A DNA stretch of 64,000 nucleotides from Eledone cirrhosa (lineage: Eukaryota), in assembly GCA_964016885.1 (NCBI GenBank), contig OZ024743.1, forward strand, positions 297,848,001 to 297,912,000, read 5' to 3'. The notes under the pieces are model-generated. The model made no database searches. It was not told the DNA's origin and worked only from the letters and a program-made list of their open reading frames with translations. This document shows, one piece after another, positions 11,634 to 23,212 of this stretch (the first letter of the stretch is position 1; each line of letters starts with the position of its first letter). The translations under genes and the position numbers were made by a program.

Positions 11634-12581
11634 CTAGCAGTAAAGCCCGGCGTTGCTCGGGGTCGCTCAGTAGCTGTGTTAAAGTTACAGTGTTAAGTTT
11701 CTTTTTTGGCTTAAAAACTGTAGTGTTTACTGTGCAGACTTGCATGTGGTGTTTTTGATTAATATTCCCTCAACCAACAATATGCCTTATGAAGTTAAGA
11801 AAACATAACGATAACCCGAATGTTATAACAAAAGAGGATGCTGGGGATAAAAACTGCACTGGAATTTATTAACAAAGATCGAAAATGTAAACACTGCAAC
11901 GCAGAGAAAAACATTAGCGTAACCAAATTATCAGTTATGTCTGTCTGCACGCCTATATCACCTCTCTGCACGACTGTCTGTCTGCACGCCTATATCAACT
12001 CTCTGCACGACTGTCTGTCTGCACGCCTATATCACCTCTCTGCACGACTGTCTGTCTGCACGCCTATATCACCTCTCTGCACGACTGTCTGTCTGCACGA
12101 CTGTCTGTCTGCACGCCTAACGACGAAATATTTGCTTGTTTTACGTAGTCTTTAAATAGACTTGTTTTCAAGTAAAAATATTGTTTTAAAATGCTTTTAA
12201 ATGGAAATGAAGCAAAACGGAAGCTTTGTGTTCGAACTGATGAATTTTGCAGGTCAATATTTTGCTGGCTCGACAACTCTTCGTGTATTGTGTTAATGTC
12301 ATTTTTAAACGCTGAGGAAGCCAGCGTAATTTTTTACGTAAGACGCTCAATGTAAACAGAACAAAGGGAAATAACTGATGACTTACGCTCAAAAATCGAT
12401 ACATTATATTCGATTTCGTCACATAGGTTGGGTCAATTTGAAATATTTTTATTCCGATGTCTTCGCTAGGGCTCAATGTACAAGTATAGCAATTTCGGTG
12501 CAATTCCGTTGGAGATTCTAAGAGGAGCTGTGTGCCAAAAATCGATAGACAGACAGACAACCACAGTTTTATATATATAGA
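11634..12581 (-). mobile_element. Non-autonomous Helitron (948 bp), copy 1
   Basis: On the - strand: 5'-TC start, (GTCT)n near the 5' end, hairpin CCCGAGCAACGCCGGG 8 nt before the terminal CTAG-3'. Inserted between A and T of the empty site CGTTTA|TTAGG with no TSD. Confidence 0.92.
11939..12120. repeat. 37-bp minisatellite inside Helitron copy 1 (4 full units plus partials)
   Basis: Unit GTCTGTCTGCACGCCTATATCACCTCTCTGCACGACT read directly. Confidence 0.95.
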
Positions 12582-12866
12582 TTAGGATGTTTCGACATGA
12601 AAGCGAACCGTTTTTCTTCGAAAATTACAATAACGTTGCATTTTCAATTGTATTTATTTGATTTTAATCGAACTATCATTGTTTGATATTACAATTGGTC
12701 GATAGATCACAGTAGATTTCAATTAACTTGTTTAGTTTTACGATAAATTTCTATTAGAATTGCAATAATAAGATTGTTTATTGTGATTTGTATGATTGTT
12801 TGTAGTGTATGCATGAATCTCTATCTCGTCTACGATATATGGTGAATGATAACATGTAGAAATAAC

Positions 12867-13068
12867 TGTTTCTACTTTAGGCACAAGGCCAGCAATTACC
12901 CAGTGCATTACTGGTACTTTATTTTATCGACCCCGTAAGGATGAAAGGCAAAGTCAACCTCGGCGGGATTTGAACTCAGATCGTAAAGGGACGTAACTAT
13001 GCTGGAAAGCATGGCGTCCGACCCTCTACCGATACTGCCAATCCACCGCCTAAAAGTGACAATCCACC
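12867..13068 (-). mobile_element. Full-length tRNA-derived SINE (202 bp including 18 extra 5' nt)
   Basis: 12-bp TSD TGTAGAAATAAC (12855-12866, 13069-13080). On the - strand: A-box-like TGGCAGTATCGG, B-box GAGTTCAAATC, body GCCTTTCATCCTTACGGGGTCGATAAAATAAAGTACCAG. Resembles octopus SINEs from memory. Confidence 0.92.
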
Positions 13069-13300
13069 TGTAGAAATAACAGCACGATATATGTGAATGT
13101 TATTTCATTTAGATAGCAGTATTTATAGCAGAACTTGAAATATCAGTTATATATATAAAGTAAAGTCTCTATAGAATGTATTTTGTTTAGATAATTGCCA
13201 GAATATATATACATAAATATCTAATATCCAAAATATTTAATGAAAAAAAAAATGATTTTTTAAAGAATTATTATTCATCTACTTCAAAATATCGGTGTTT

Positions 13301-13373
13301 CGAGCTTGTCATGAAACCAATCTGGAATCTCCTGATCCGTAGTCAGGCGCGTTATCCATTGCACCACAAGCAC
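13301..13373 (-). pseudogene. tRNA-Arg-ACG: tRNA-Arg(ACG) pseudogene, copy 6
   Basis: Array copy. Confidence 0.88.
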
Positions 13374-13810
13374 AGGTTACAAACTGACAGTCAATTTAAA
13401 TTACTGTAGGTATGTTTTAGACAATACAATCGTTGAATGTCACTCTAATTCTTCCGTGTCGATGACAAACTTTTGTCCACAACATTAGCTAACATTTGGA
13501 TAATGAATTCAATTTCACTGGAAATCAGGTAAATTATAATTGCATAGAATTTTCGTGAGTCTGAAATTTTAATTCCAATCCGTTCTCCCTTAAAACCAGT
13601 CTTAGGTTTCTTAAACATAACCAATCTTAGTGATTATTTCCTCCTTAATTTAAAATAGTTGGTAAATATTGTTTCTCCCATACTATCATAGATCGAGAAT
13701 GCTGAAATTCTTCTATCACCAAATTATCAACTTTCAAGCGATTATTATCATAAACGTTTATCTCAAATTACAGTTCTATATGTGAAGAATTCCACTTTCG
13801 TTTCCAACGT

Positions 13811-13892
13811 GACGAGGTGGCCGAGTGGTTAAGGCGATGGACTGCTAATCCATTGGGATTTTCCCGCGTGAGTTCGAATCTCATCTTCGTCG
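13811..13892 (+). tRNA. tRNA-Ser-GCT: tRNA-Ser(GCT), copy 6
   Basis: Identical to copy 1. Confidence 0.97.
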
Positions 13893-15369
13893 ACGTTTTT
13901 GCCATGATATTTAAGTTTAGTCAAGTATCTCTTATTTAATCTTCAATTCATTACACGCTTATTTCTTTTATTCATCATTATTTTTCCTTTAAAAGGGCAA
14001 TAATTTATCTGTAAATATATTTTTCGTTCTGCGTGTTTTCCAATTTCTCCCAAACTAAGCGCTTGTTTTCTCTCGTCAATGACTACATCTAATTATTCTG
14101 AACACATGTACGCAATAGATTCTTTAAGAAATATATTCAAAGATATTTTCACAGCTTGTTAGACATGATCTCACAAATATGAAGAAACAATAACGAAACT
14201 ACAAGATTGAAGCTCTTTCTTGCTATGTTAAAAGTAAAATAGACAATTTGATTATCAAGAAACTGAACTGGAAAGTAGAGCAATACAGGAGTTCGAAAAG
14301 TGAAAATCAGAACATTTCAATCCGTTATTAGTCACATTCAGCGTTTAGCCAAATGTTCTCTTAATTTGATTTCAACACTATTTACACACTATCTTACACA
14401 CTACCTTACTATATCAGATTATCTCCTTCTTTAGTGATGTCCTCGTTTATTGACTAAATTGAGAAATGCTAAACTAATTCGTCCAATCTAAATTTACAGA
14501 TATATATATTGTGACGTCATAGGAAAGCATTTGAGTAGAGAGGTTTTACGAACGTAACGTTCATTCTGAAAATGTTACCATTTATTAACACAAGTTAATT
14601 TTGTTAATGGTAGTTTTACTGTAATACAATTGATGCCTGGAATAATATACTCACCATATTTTAAAGACGGCTCGGTTTGAAATATTTCTATTATCACGTC
14701 TTTTACGTGCATTTAAGGGAAATTCTGCCATCATGATTCCATCTAATTTTGGAAAATTTGCTCTTAAATTCGTTGGCGATTCAAATGAGTCTTTCTATAA
14801 GAAGGCTGAAAATTTAGAAACGGGACAAGGTGGGCTAATAATTGTAGTTTTATTTTATCGTTTATTAGGATGTTTCGACATGAAAGCGAACCGTTTTTCT
14901 TCGAAAATTACAATAACGTTGCATTTTCAATTGTATTTATTTGATTTTAATCGAACTATCATTGTTTGATATTACAATTGGTCGATAGATCACAGTAGAT
15001 TTCAATTAACTTGTTTAGTTTTACTATAAATTCCTATTAGAATGGCAATAATAAGATTGTTTATTGTGATTTGTATGATTGTTTGTAGTGTATGCATGAA
15101 TCTCTATCTCGTCTACGATATATGGTGAATGATAACATGTAGAAATAACAGCAGGATATATGTGAATGTTATTTGATTTAGATAGCAGTATTTATAGCAG
15201 AACTTGAAATATCAGTTATATATATAAAGTAAAGTCTCTATAGAATGTATATTGTTTAGATAATTGCCAGAATATATATACATAAATATCTAATATCCAA
15301 AATATGTAATGAAAAGAAAAATGATTTTTTAAAGAATTATTATTCATCTACTTCAAAATATCGGTGTTT

Positions 15370-15442
15370 CGAGATTGTCAGGAAACGAATCTGGAATCTC
15401 CTGATCCGTAGTCAGGCGCGTTATCCATTGCACCACAAGCAC
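15370..15442 (-). pseudogene. tRNA-Arg-ACG: tRNA-Arg(ACG) pseudogene, copy 7
   Basis: Array copy; T-loop reads TTCGTTT. Confidence 0.88.
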
Positions 15443-15896
15443 AGGTTACAAACTGACTGTCAATTTAAATTACTCTAGGTATGTTTTAGACAATACAATC
15501 GTTGAATGTCACTCTAATTCTTCCGTGTCGATGACAAACTTTTGTCCACAAGATTAGCTACCATTTGGATAATGAATTCAATTTCACTGGAAATCAGCTA
15601 AATTATAATTGCATAGAAGGGGTGCTACCATTCAATTTACGTGAGTCTGGAATTTTAATTCCAATACGTTCTCCCTTAAAACCAGTCTTAGGTTTCTTAA
15701 ATATAACCAATCTTAGTGATTATTTCCTCCTTAATTTAAAATAGTTGGTAAATATTGTTTCTCCCATACTATCATTGATGGAGAATGCTGAAATTCTTCT
15801 ATGACCAAATTATCAACTTTCAAGCGATTATATTCATAAACGTTTATCTCAAATTACAGTTCTATATGTGAAGAATTCCACTTTCGTTTCCAACTT

Positions 15897-15978
15897 GACG
15901 AGGTGGCCGAGTGGTTAAGGCGATGGACTGCTAATCCATTGGGATTTTCCCGCGTGAGTTCGAATCTCATCTTCGTCG
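15897..15978 (+). tRNA. tRNA-Ser-GCT: tRNA-Ser(GCT), copy 7
   Basis: Identical to copy 1. Confidence 0.97.
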
Positions 15979-16078
15979 ACGTTTTTGCCATTATATTTAA
16001 GTTTAGTCAAGTATCTCTTATTTAATCTTCAATTCATTACACGCTTATTTCTTTTATTCATCATTATTTATCCTTTAA

Positions 16079-16147
16079 CAGGTCGATAAAATAAAGTACC
16101 AGTAATACACTGGAATAATTGCTGGCCTTGTGCCAAATGTAGAAACA
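16079..16147 (+). mobile_element. 5'-truncated SINE fragment, copy 4
   Basis: Same 69-bp insert; TSD carries one substitution. Confidence 0.88.
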
Positions 16148-17035
16148 ATTGTTTATCCTTTAAAGGGGCAATAATTTATCTGTAAATATATTTTTCGTTC
16201 TGCGTGTTTTCCAATTTCTCCCAAACTAAGCGCTTGTTTTCTCTCGTCAATGACTACATCTAATTAATCTGAACACATGTACGCAATAGATTCTTTAAGA
16301 AATATATTCAAAGATATTTTCACAGCTTGTTAGCCTTGATCTCACAAATATGAAGAAACAATAACAAAACTACAAGATTGAAGCTCTTTCTTGCTATGTT
16401 AAAAGTAAAATAGACAATTTTATTATCAAGAAACTGAACTGGAAAGTAGAGCAATACAGGAGTTCGAAAAGTGAAAATCAGAACAGTTCAATCCGTTATT
16501 AGTCACATTCAGCGTTTAGCCAAATGTTCTCTTAATTTGATTTCAACACTATTTACACACTATCTTACACACTACCTTACTATATCAGATTATCTCCTTC
16601 TTTAGTGATGTCCTCGTTTATTGACTAAAGTGAGAAATGCTAAACTAATTCGTCCAATCTAAATTTACAGATATATATATTGTGACGTCATAGGAAAGCA
16701 TTTGAGTAGAGAGGTTTTACGAACGTAACGTTCATTCTGAAAATGTTACCATTTATCAACACAAGTTAATTTTGTTAATGGTAGTTTTACTGTAATACAA
16801 TTGATGCCTGGAATAATATACTCACCATATTTTAAAGACGGCTCGGTTTGAAATATTTCTATTATCACGTCTTTTACGTGCATTTAAGGGAAATTCTGCC
16901 ATCATGATTCCATCTAATTTTGGAAAATTTGCTCTTAAATTCGTTGGCGATTCAAATGAGTCTTTCTATAAGAACGCTGAAAATTTAGAAACGGGACAAG
17001 GTGGGCTAATAATTGTAGTTTTATTTTATCGTTTA

Positions 17036-18012
17036 CTAGCAGTAAAGCCCGGCGTTGCTCGGGGTCGCTCAGTAGCTGTGTTAAAGTTACAGTGTTAAGT
17101 TTCTTTTTTGGCTTAAAAACTGTAGTGTTTACTGTGCAGACTTGCATGTGGTGTTTTTGATTAATATTCCCTCAACCAACAATATGCCTTATGAAGTTAA
17201 GAAAACATAACGATAACCCGAATGTTATAACAAAAGAGGATGCTGGGGATAAAAACTGCACTGGAATTTATTAACAAAGATCGAAAATGTAAACACTGCA
17301 ACGCAGAGAAAAACATTAGCGTAACCAAATTATCAGTTATGCACGCCTATATCACCTCTCTGCACGACTGTCTGTCTGCACGCCTATATCACCTCTCTGC
17401 ACGACTGTCTGTCTGCACGCCTATATCAACTCTCTGCACGACTGTCTGTCTGCACGCCTATATCACCTCTCTGCACGACTGTCTGTCTGCACGCCTATAT
17501 CACCTCTCTGCACGACTGTCTGTCTGCACGACTGTCTGTCTGCACGCCTAACGACGAAATATTTGCTTGTTTTACGTAGTCTTTAAATAGACTTGTTTTC
17601 AAGTAAAAATATTGTTTTAAAATGCTTTTAAATGGAAATGAAGCAAAACGGAAGCTTTGTGTTCGAACTGATGAATTTTGCAGGTCAATATTTTGCTGGC
17701 TCGACAACTCTTCGTGTATTGTGTTAATGTCATTTTAAACGCTGAGAAAGCCAGCGTAATTTTTTTACGTAAGACGCTCAATGTAAACAGAACAAAGGGA
17801 AATAACTGATAACTTACGCTCAAAAATCGATACATTATATTCGATTTCGTCACATAGGGTGGGTCAATTTGAAATATTTTTTTTCCGATGTCTTCGCTAG
17901 GGCTCAATGTACAAGTATAGCAATTTCGGTGCAATTCCGTTGGGGATTCTAAGAGGAGATGTGTGCCAAAAATCGATAGACAGACAGACAACCACAGTTT
18001 TATATATATAGA
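17036..18012 (-). mobile_element. Non-autonomous Helitron (977 bp), copy 2
   Basis: Same termini, hairpin and unit position as copy 1; 29 bp longer because of the internal minisatellite. Confidence 0.92.
17341..17551. repeat. 37-bp minisatellite inside Helitron copy 2 (29-bp partial, 4 full units, partials)
   Basis: Read directly. Confidence 0.95.
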
Positions 18013-18517
18013 TTAGGATGTTTCGACATGAAAGCGAACCGTTTTTCTTCGAAAATTACAATAACGTTGCATCTTCAATTGTATTTATTTGATTTTAATC
18101 GAACTATCATTGTTTGATATTACAATTGGTCGATAGATCACAGTAGATTTCAATTAACTTGTTTAGTTTTACTATAAATTCCTATTAGAATTGCAATAAT
18201 AAGATTGTTTATTGTGATTTGTATGATTGTTTGTAGTGTATGCATGAATCTCTATCTCGTCTACGATATATGGTGAATGATAACATGTAGAAATAACAGC
18301 ACGATATATGTGAATGTTATTTGATTTAGATAGCAGTATTTATAGCAGAACTTGAAATATCAGTTATATATATAAAGTAAAGTCTCTATAGATTGTATAT
18401 TGTTTAGATAATTGCCAGAATATATATACATAAATATCTAATATCCAAAATATGTAATGAAAAGAAAAATGATTTTTTAAAGAATTATTATTCATCTACT
18501 TCAAAATATCGGTGTTT

Positions 18518-18590
18518 CGAGATTGTCATGAAACGAATCTGGAATCTCCTGATCCGTAGTCAGGCGCGTTATCCATTGCACCAGAAGCAC
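18518..18590 (-). pseudogene. tRNA-Arg-ACG: tRNA-Arg(ACG) pseudogene, copy 8
   Basis: Array copy. Confidence 0.88.
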
Positions 18591-19043
18591 AGGTTACAAA
18601 CTGACTGTCAATTTAAATTACTCTAGGTATGTTTTAGACAATACAATCGTTGAATGTCACTCTAATTCTTCCGTGTCGATGACAAACTTTTGTCCACAAG
18701 ATTAGCTAACATTTGGATAATGAATTCAATTTCACTGGAAATCAGGTAAATTATAATTGCATAGAAGGGTGTTACCATTCAATTTTCGTGAGTCTGGAAT
18801 TTTAATTCCAATACGTTCTCCCTTAAAACCAGTCTTAGTTTTCTTAAACATAACCAATCTTAGTGATTATTTCCTCCTTAATTTAAAATAGTTGGTAAAT
18901 ATTGTTTCTCCCATACTATCATAGATGGAGAATGCTGAAATTCTTCTATCACCAAATTATCAACTTTCAAGCGATTATATTCATAAACGTTTATCTCAAA
19001 TTACAGTTCTATATGTGAAGAATTCCACTTTCGTTTCCAACTT

Positions 19044-19125
19044 GACGAGGTGGCCGAGTGGTTAAGGCGATGGACTGCTAATCCATTGGGATTTTCCCGC
19101 GTGAGTTCGAATCTCATCTTCGTCG
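19044..19125 (+). tRNA. tRNA-Ser-GCT: tRNA-Ser(GCT), copy 8
   Basis: Identical to copy 1. Confidence 0.97.
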
Positions 19126-20602
19126 ACGTTTTTGCCATGATATTTAAGTTTAGTCAAGTATCTCTTATTTAATCTTTAATTCATTACACGCTTATTTCTT
19201 TTATTCATCATTATTTTTCCTTTAAAAGGGCAATAATTTATCTGTAAATATATTTTTCGTTCTGCGTGTTTTCCAATTTCTCCCAAACTAAGCGCTTGTT
19301 TTCTCTCGTCAATGACTACATCTAATTATTCTGAACACATGTACGCAATAGATTCTTTAGGAAATATATTCAAAGATATTTTCACAGCTTGTTAGACATG
19401 ATCTCACAAATATGAAGAAACAATAACGAAACTACAAGATTGAAGCTCTTTCTTGCTATGTTAAAAGTAAAATAGACAATTTGATTATCAAGAAACTGAA
19501 CTGGAAAGTAGAGCAATACAGGAGTTCGAAAAGTGAAAATCAGAACATTTCAATCCGTTATTAGTCACATTCAGCGTTTAGCCAAATGTTCTCTTAATTT
19601 GATTTCAACACTATTTACACACTATCTTACACACTACCTTACTATATCAGATTATCTCCTTCTTTAGTGATGTCCCCGTTTATTGACTAAATTGAGAAAT
19701 GCTAAACTAATTCGTCCAATCTAAATTTACAGATATATATATTGTGACGTCATAGAGAAGCATTTGAGTAGAGAGGTTTTACGAACGTAACATTCATTCT
19801 GAAAATGTTACCATTTATCAACACAAGTTAATTTTGTTAATGGTAGTTTTACTGTAATACAATTGATGCCTGGAATAATATACTCACCATATTTTAAAGA
19901 CGGCTCGGTTTGAAATATTTCTATTATCACGTCTTTTACGTGCATCTAAGGGAAATTCTGCCATTATGATTCCATCTAATTTTGGAAAATTTGCTCTTAA
20001 ATTCGTTGGCGATTCAAATGAGTCTTTCTATAAGAACGCTGAAAATTTAGAAACGGGACAAGGTGGGCTAATAAGTGTAGCTATATTTTATCGTTTATTA
20101 GGATGTTACGACATGAAAGCGACCCGTTTTACTTCGAAAATTACAATAACGTTGCATCTTCAATTGTATTTATTTGATTTTAATCGAACTATCATTGTTT
20201 AATATTACAATTGGTCGATAGATCACAGTAGATTTCAATTAACTTGTTTAGTTTTACGATAAATTTCTATTAGAATTGCAATAATAAGATTGTTTATTGT
20301 GATTTGTATGATTGTTTGTAGTGTATGCATGAATCTCTATCTCGTCTACGATATATGATGAATGATAACATGTAGAAATAACAGCAGGATATATGTGAAT
20401 GTTATTTGATTTAGATAGCAGTATTTATAGCAGAATTTGAAATATCAGTTATATATATAAAGTAAACTCTCTATAGAATGTATATTGTTTAGATAATTGC
20501 CAAAATATATATACATAAATATCTAATATCCAAAATATATAATGAAAAGAAAAATGATTTTTTAAAGAATTATTATTCATCTACTTCAAAATATCGGCGT
20601 TT

Positions 20603-20675
20603 CGAGATTGTCAGGAAACGAATCTGGAATCTCCTGATCCGTAGTCAGGCGCGTTGTCCATTGCACCAGAAGCAC
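20603..20675 (-). pseudogene. tRNA-Arg-ACG: tRNA-Arg(ACG) pseudogene, copy 9
   Basis: Array copy. Confidence 0.86.
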
Positions 20676-21128
20676 AGGTTACAAACTGACTGTCAATTTA
20701 AATTACTCTAGGTATGTTTTAGACAATACGATCGTTGAATGTCACTCTAATTCTTCCGTGTCGATGACAAACTTTTGTCCACAAGATTAGCTAACATTTG
20801 GATAATGAATTCAATTTCACTGGAAATCAGGTAAATTATAATTGCATAGAAGGGTGTTACCATTCAATTTTCGTGAGTCTGGAATTTTAATTCCAATACG
20901 TTCTCCCTTAAAACCAGTCTTAGGTTTCCTAAACATAACCAATCTTAGTGATTATTTCCTCCTTAATTCAAATTAGTTGGTAAATATTGTTTCTCCCATA
21001 CTATCATAGATGGAGAATGCTGAAATTCTTCTATGACCAAATTATCAACTTTCAAGCGATTATATTCATAAACGTTTATCTCAAATTACAGTTCTATATG
21101 TGAAGAATTCCACTTTCGTTTCCAACGT

Positions 21129-21210
21129 GACGAGGTGGCCGAGTGGTTAAGGCGATGGACTGCTAATCCATTGGGATTTTCCCGCGTGAGTTCGAATCTC
21201 ATCTTCGTCG
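21129..21210 (+). tRNA. tRNA-Ser-GCT: tRNA-Ser(GCT), copy 9
   Basis: Identical to copy 1. Confidence 0.97.
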
Positions 21211-22686
21211 ACGTTTTTGCCATGATATTTAAGTTTAGTCAAGTATCTCTTATTTAATCTTCAATTCATTACACGCTTATTTCTTTATTCATCATTATTT
21301 TTCCTTTAAAAGGGCAATAATTTATCTGTAAATATATTTTTCGTTCTGCGTGTTTTCCAATTTCTCCCAAACTAAGCGCTTGTTTTCTCTCGTCAATGAC
21401 TACATCTAATTATTCTGAACACATGTACGCAATAGATTCTTTAAGAAATATATTCAAAGATATTTTCACAGCTTGTTAGACATGATCTCACAAATATGAA
21501 GAAACAATAACGAAACTACAAGATTGAAGCTCTTTCTTGCTATGTTAAAAGTAAAATAGACAATTTGATTATCAAGAAACTGAACTGGAAAGTAGAGCAA
21601 TACAGGAGTTCGAAAAGTGAAAATCAGAACATTTCAATCCGTTATTAGTCACATTCAGCGTTTAGCCAAATGTTCTCTTAATTTGATTTCAACACTATTT
21701 ACACACTATCTTACACACTACCTTACTATATCAGATTATCTCCTTCTTTAGTGATGTCCCCGTTTATTGACTAAATTGAGAAATGCTAAACTAATTCGTC
21801 CAATCTAAATTTACAGATATATATATTGTGACGTCATAGAGAAGCATTTGAGTAGAGAGGTTTTCCGAACGTAACATTCATTCTGAAAATGTTACCATTT
21901 ATCAACACAAGTTAATTTTGTTAATGGTAGTTTTACTGTAATACAATTGATGCCTGGAATAATATACTCACCATATTTTAAAGACGGCTCGGTTTGAAAT
22001 ATTTCTATTATCACGTCTTTTACGTGCATCTAAGGGAAATTCTGCCATCATGATTCCATCTAATTTTGGAAAATTTGCTCTTAAATTCGTTGGCGATTCA
22101 AATGAGTCTTTCTATAAGAACGCTGAAAATTTAGAAACGGGACAAGGTGGGCTAATAATTGTAGTTATATTTTATCGTTTATTAGGATGTTACGACATGA
22201 AAGCGACCCGTTTTACTTCGAAAATTACAATAACGTTGCATTTTCAATTGTATTTATTTGATTTTAATCGAACTATCATTGTTTAATATTACAATTGGTC
22301 GATAGATCACAGTAGATTTCAATTAACTTGTTTAGTTTTACGATAAATTTCTATTAGAATTGAAATAATAAGATTGTTTATTGTGATTTGTATGATTGTT
22401 TGTAGTGTATGCATGAATCTCTATCTCGTCTACGATATATGGTGAATGATAACATGTAGAAATAACAGCAGGATATATGTGAATGTTATTTGATTTAGAT
22501 AGCAGTATTTATAGCAGAACTTGAAATATCAGTTATATATATAAAGTAAACTCTCTATAGAATGTATATTGTTTAGATAATTGCCAAAATATATATACAT
22601 AAATATCTAATATCCAAAATATGTAATGAAAAGAAAAATGATTTTTTAAAGAATTATTATTCATCTACTTCAAAATATCGGTGTTT

Positions 22687-22759
22687 CGAGATTGTCAGGA
22701 AACGAATCTGGAATCTCCTGATCCGTAGTCAGGCGCCTTATCCATTGCACCAGAAGCAC
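22687..22759 (-). pseudogene. tRNA-Arg-ACG: tRNA-Arg(ACG) pseudogene, copy 10
   Basis: Array copy. Confidence 0.86.
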
Positions 22760-23212
22760 AGGTTACAAACTGACTGTCAATTTAAATTACTCTAGGTATG
22801 TTTTAGACAATACAATCGTTGAATGTCACTCTAATTCTTCCGTGTCGATGACAAACTTTTGTCCACAAGATTAGCTAACATTTGGATAATGAATTCAATT
22901 TCACTGGAAATCAGGTAAATTATAATTGCATAGAAGGGTGTTACCATTCAATTTTCGTGAGTCTGGAATTTTAATTCCAATACGTTCTCCCTTAAAACCA
23001 GTCTTAGGTTTCTTAAATATAACCAATCTTAGTGATTATTTCCTCCTTAATTTAAAATAGTTGGTAAATATTGTTTCTCCCATACTATCATAGATGGAGA
23101 ATGCTGAAATTCTTCTATCACCAAATTATCAACTTTCAAGCGATTATATTCATAAACGTTTATCTCAAATTACAGTTCTATATGTGAAGAATTCCACTTT
23201 CGTTTCCAACGT

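Noticed and set aside
11939-12120. 37-bp repeats as a possible CRISPR array
   Set aside because: The repeats are head-to-tail with no unique spacers, there are no cas genes, and the context is eukaryotic.
11502-12560. ORFs of 64-124 aa in and across the Helitron (also 16904-17991)
   Set aside because: They arise from the minisatellite and the junctions, change frame between the two copies, and show no Rep or helicase motifs.
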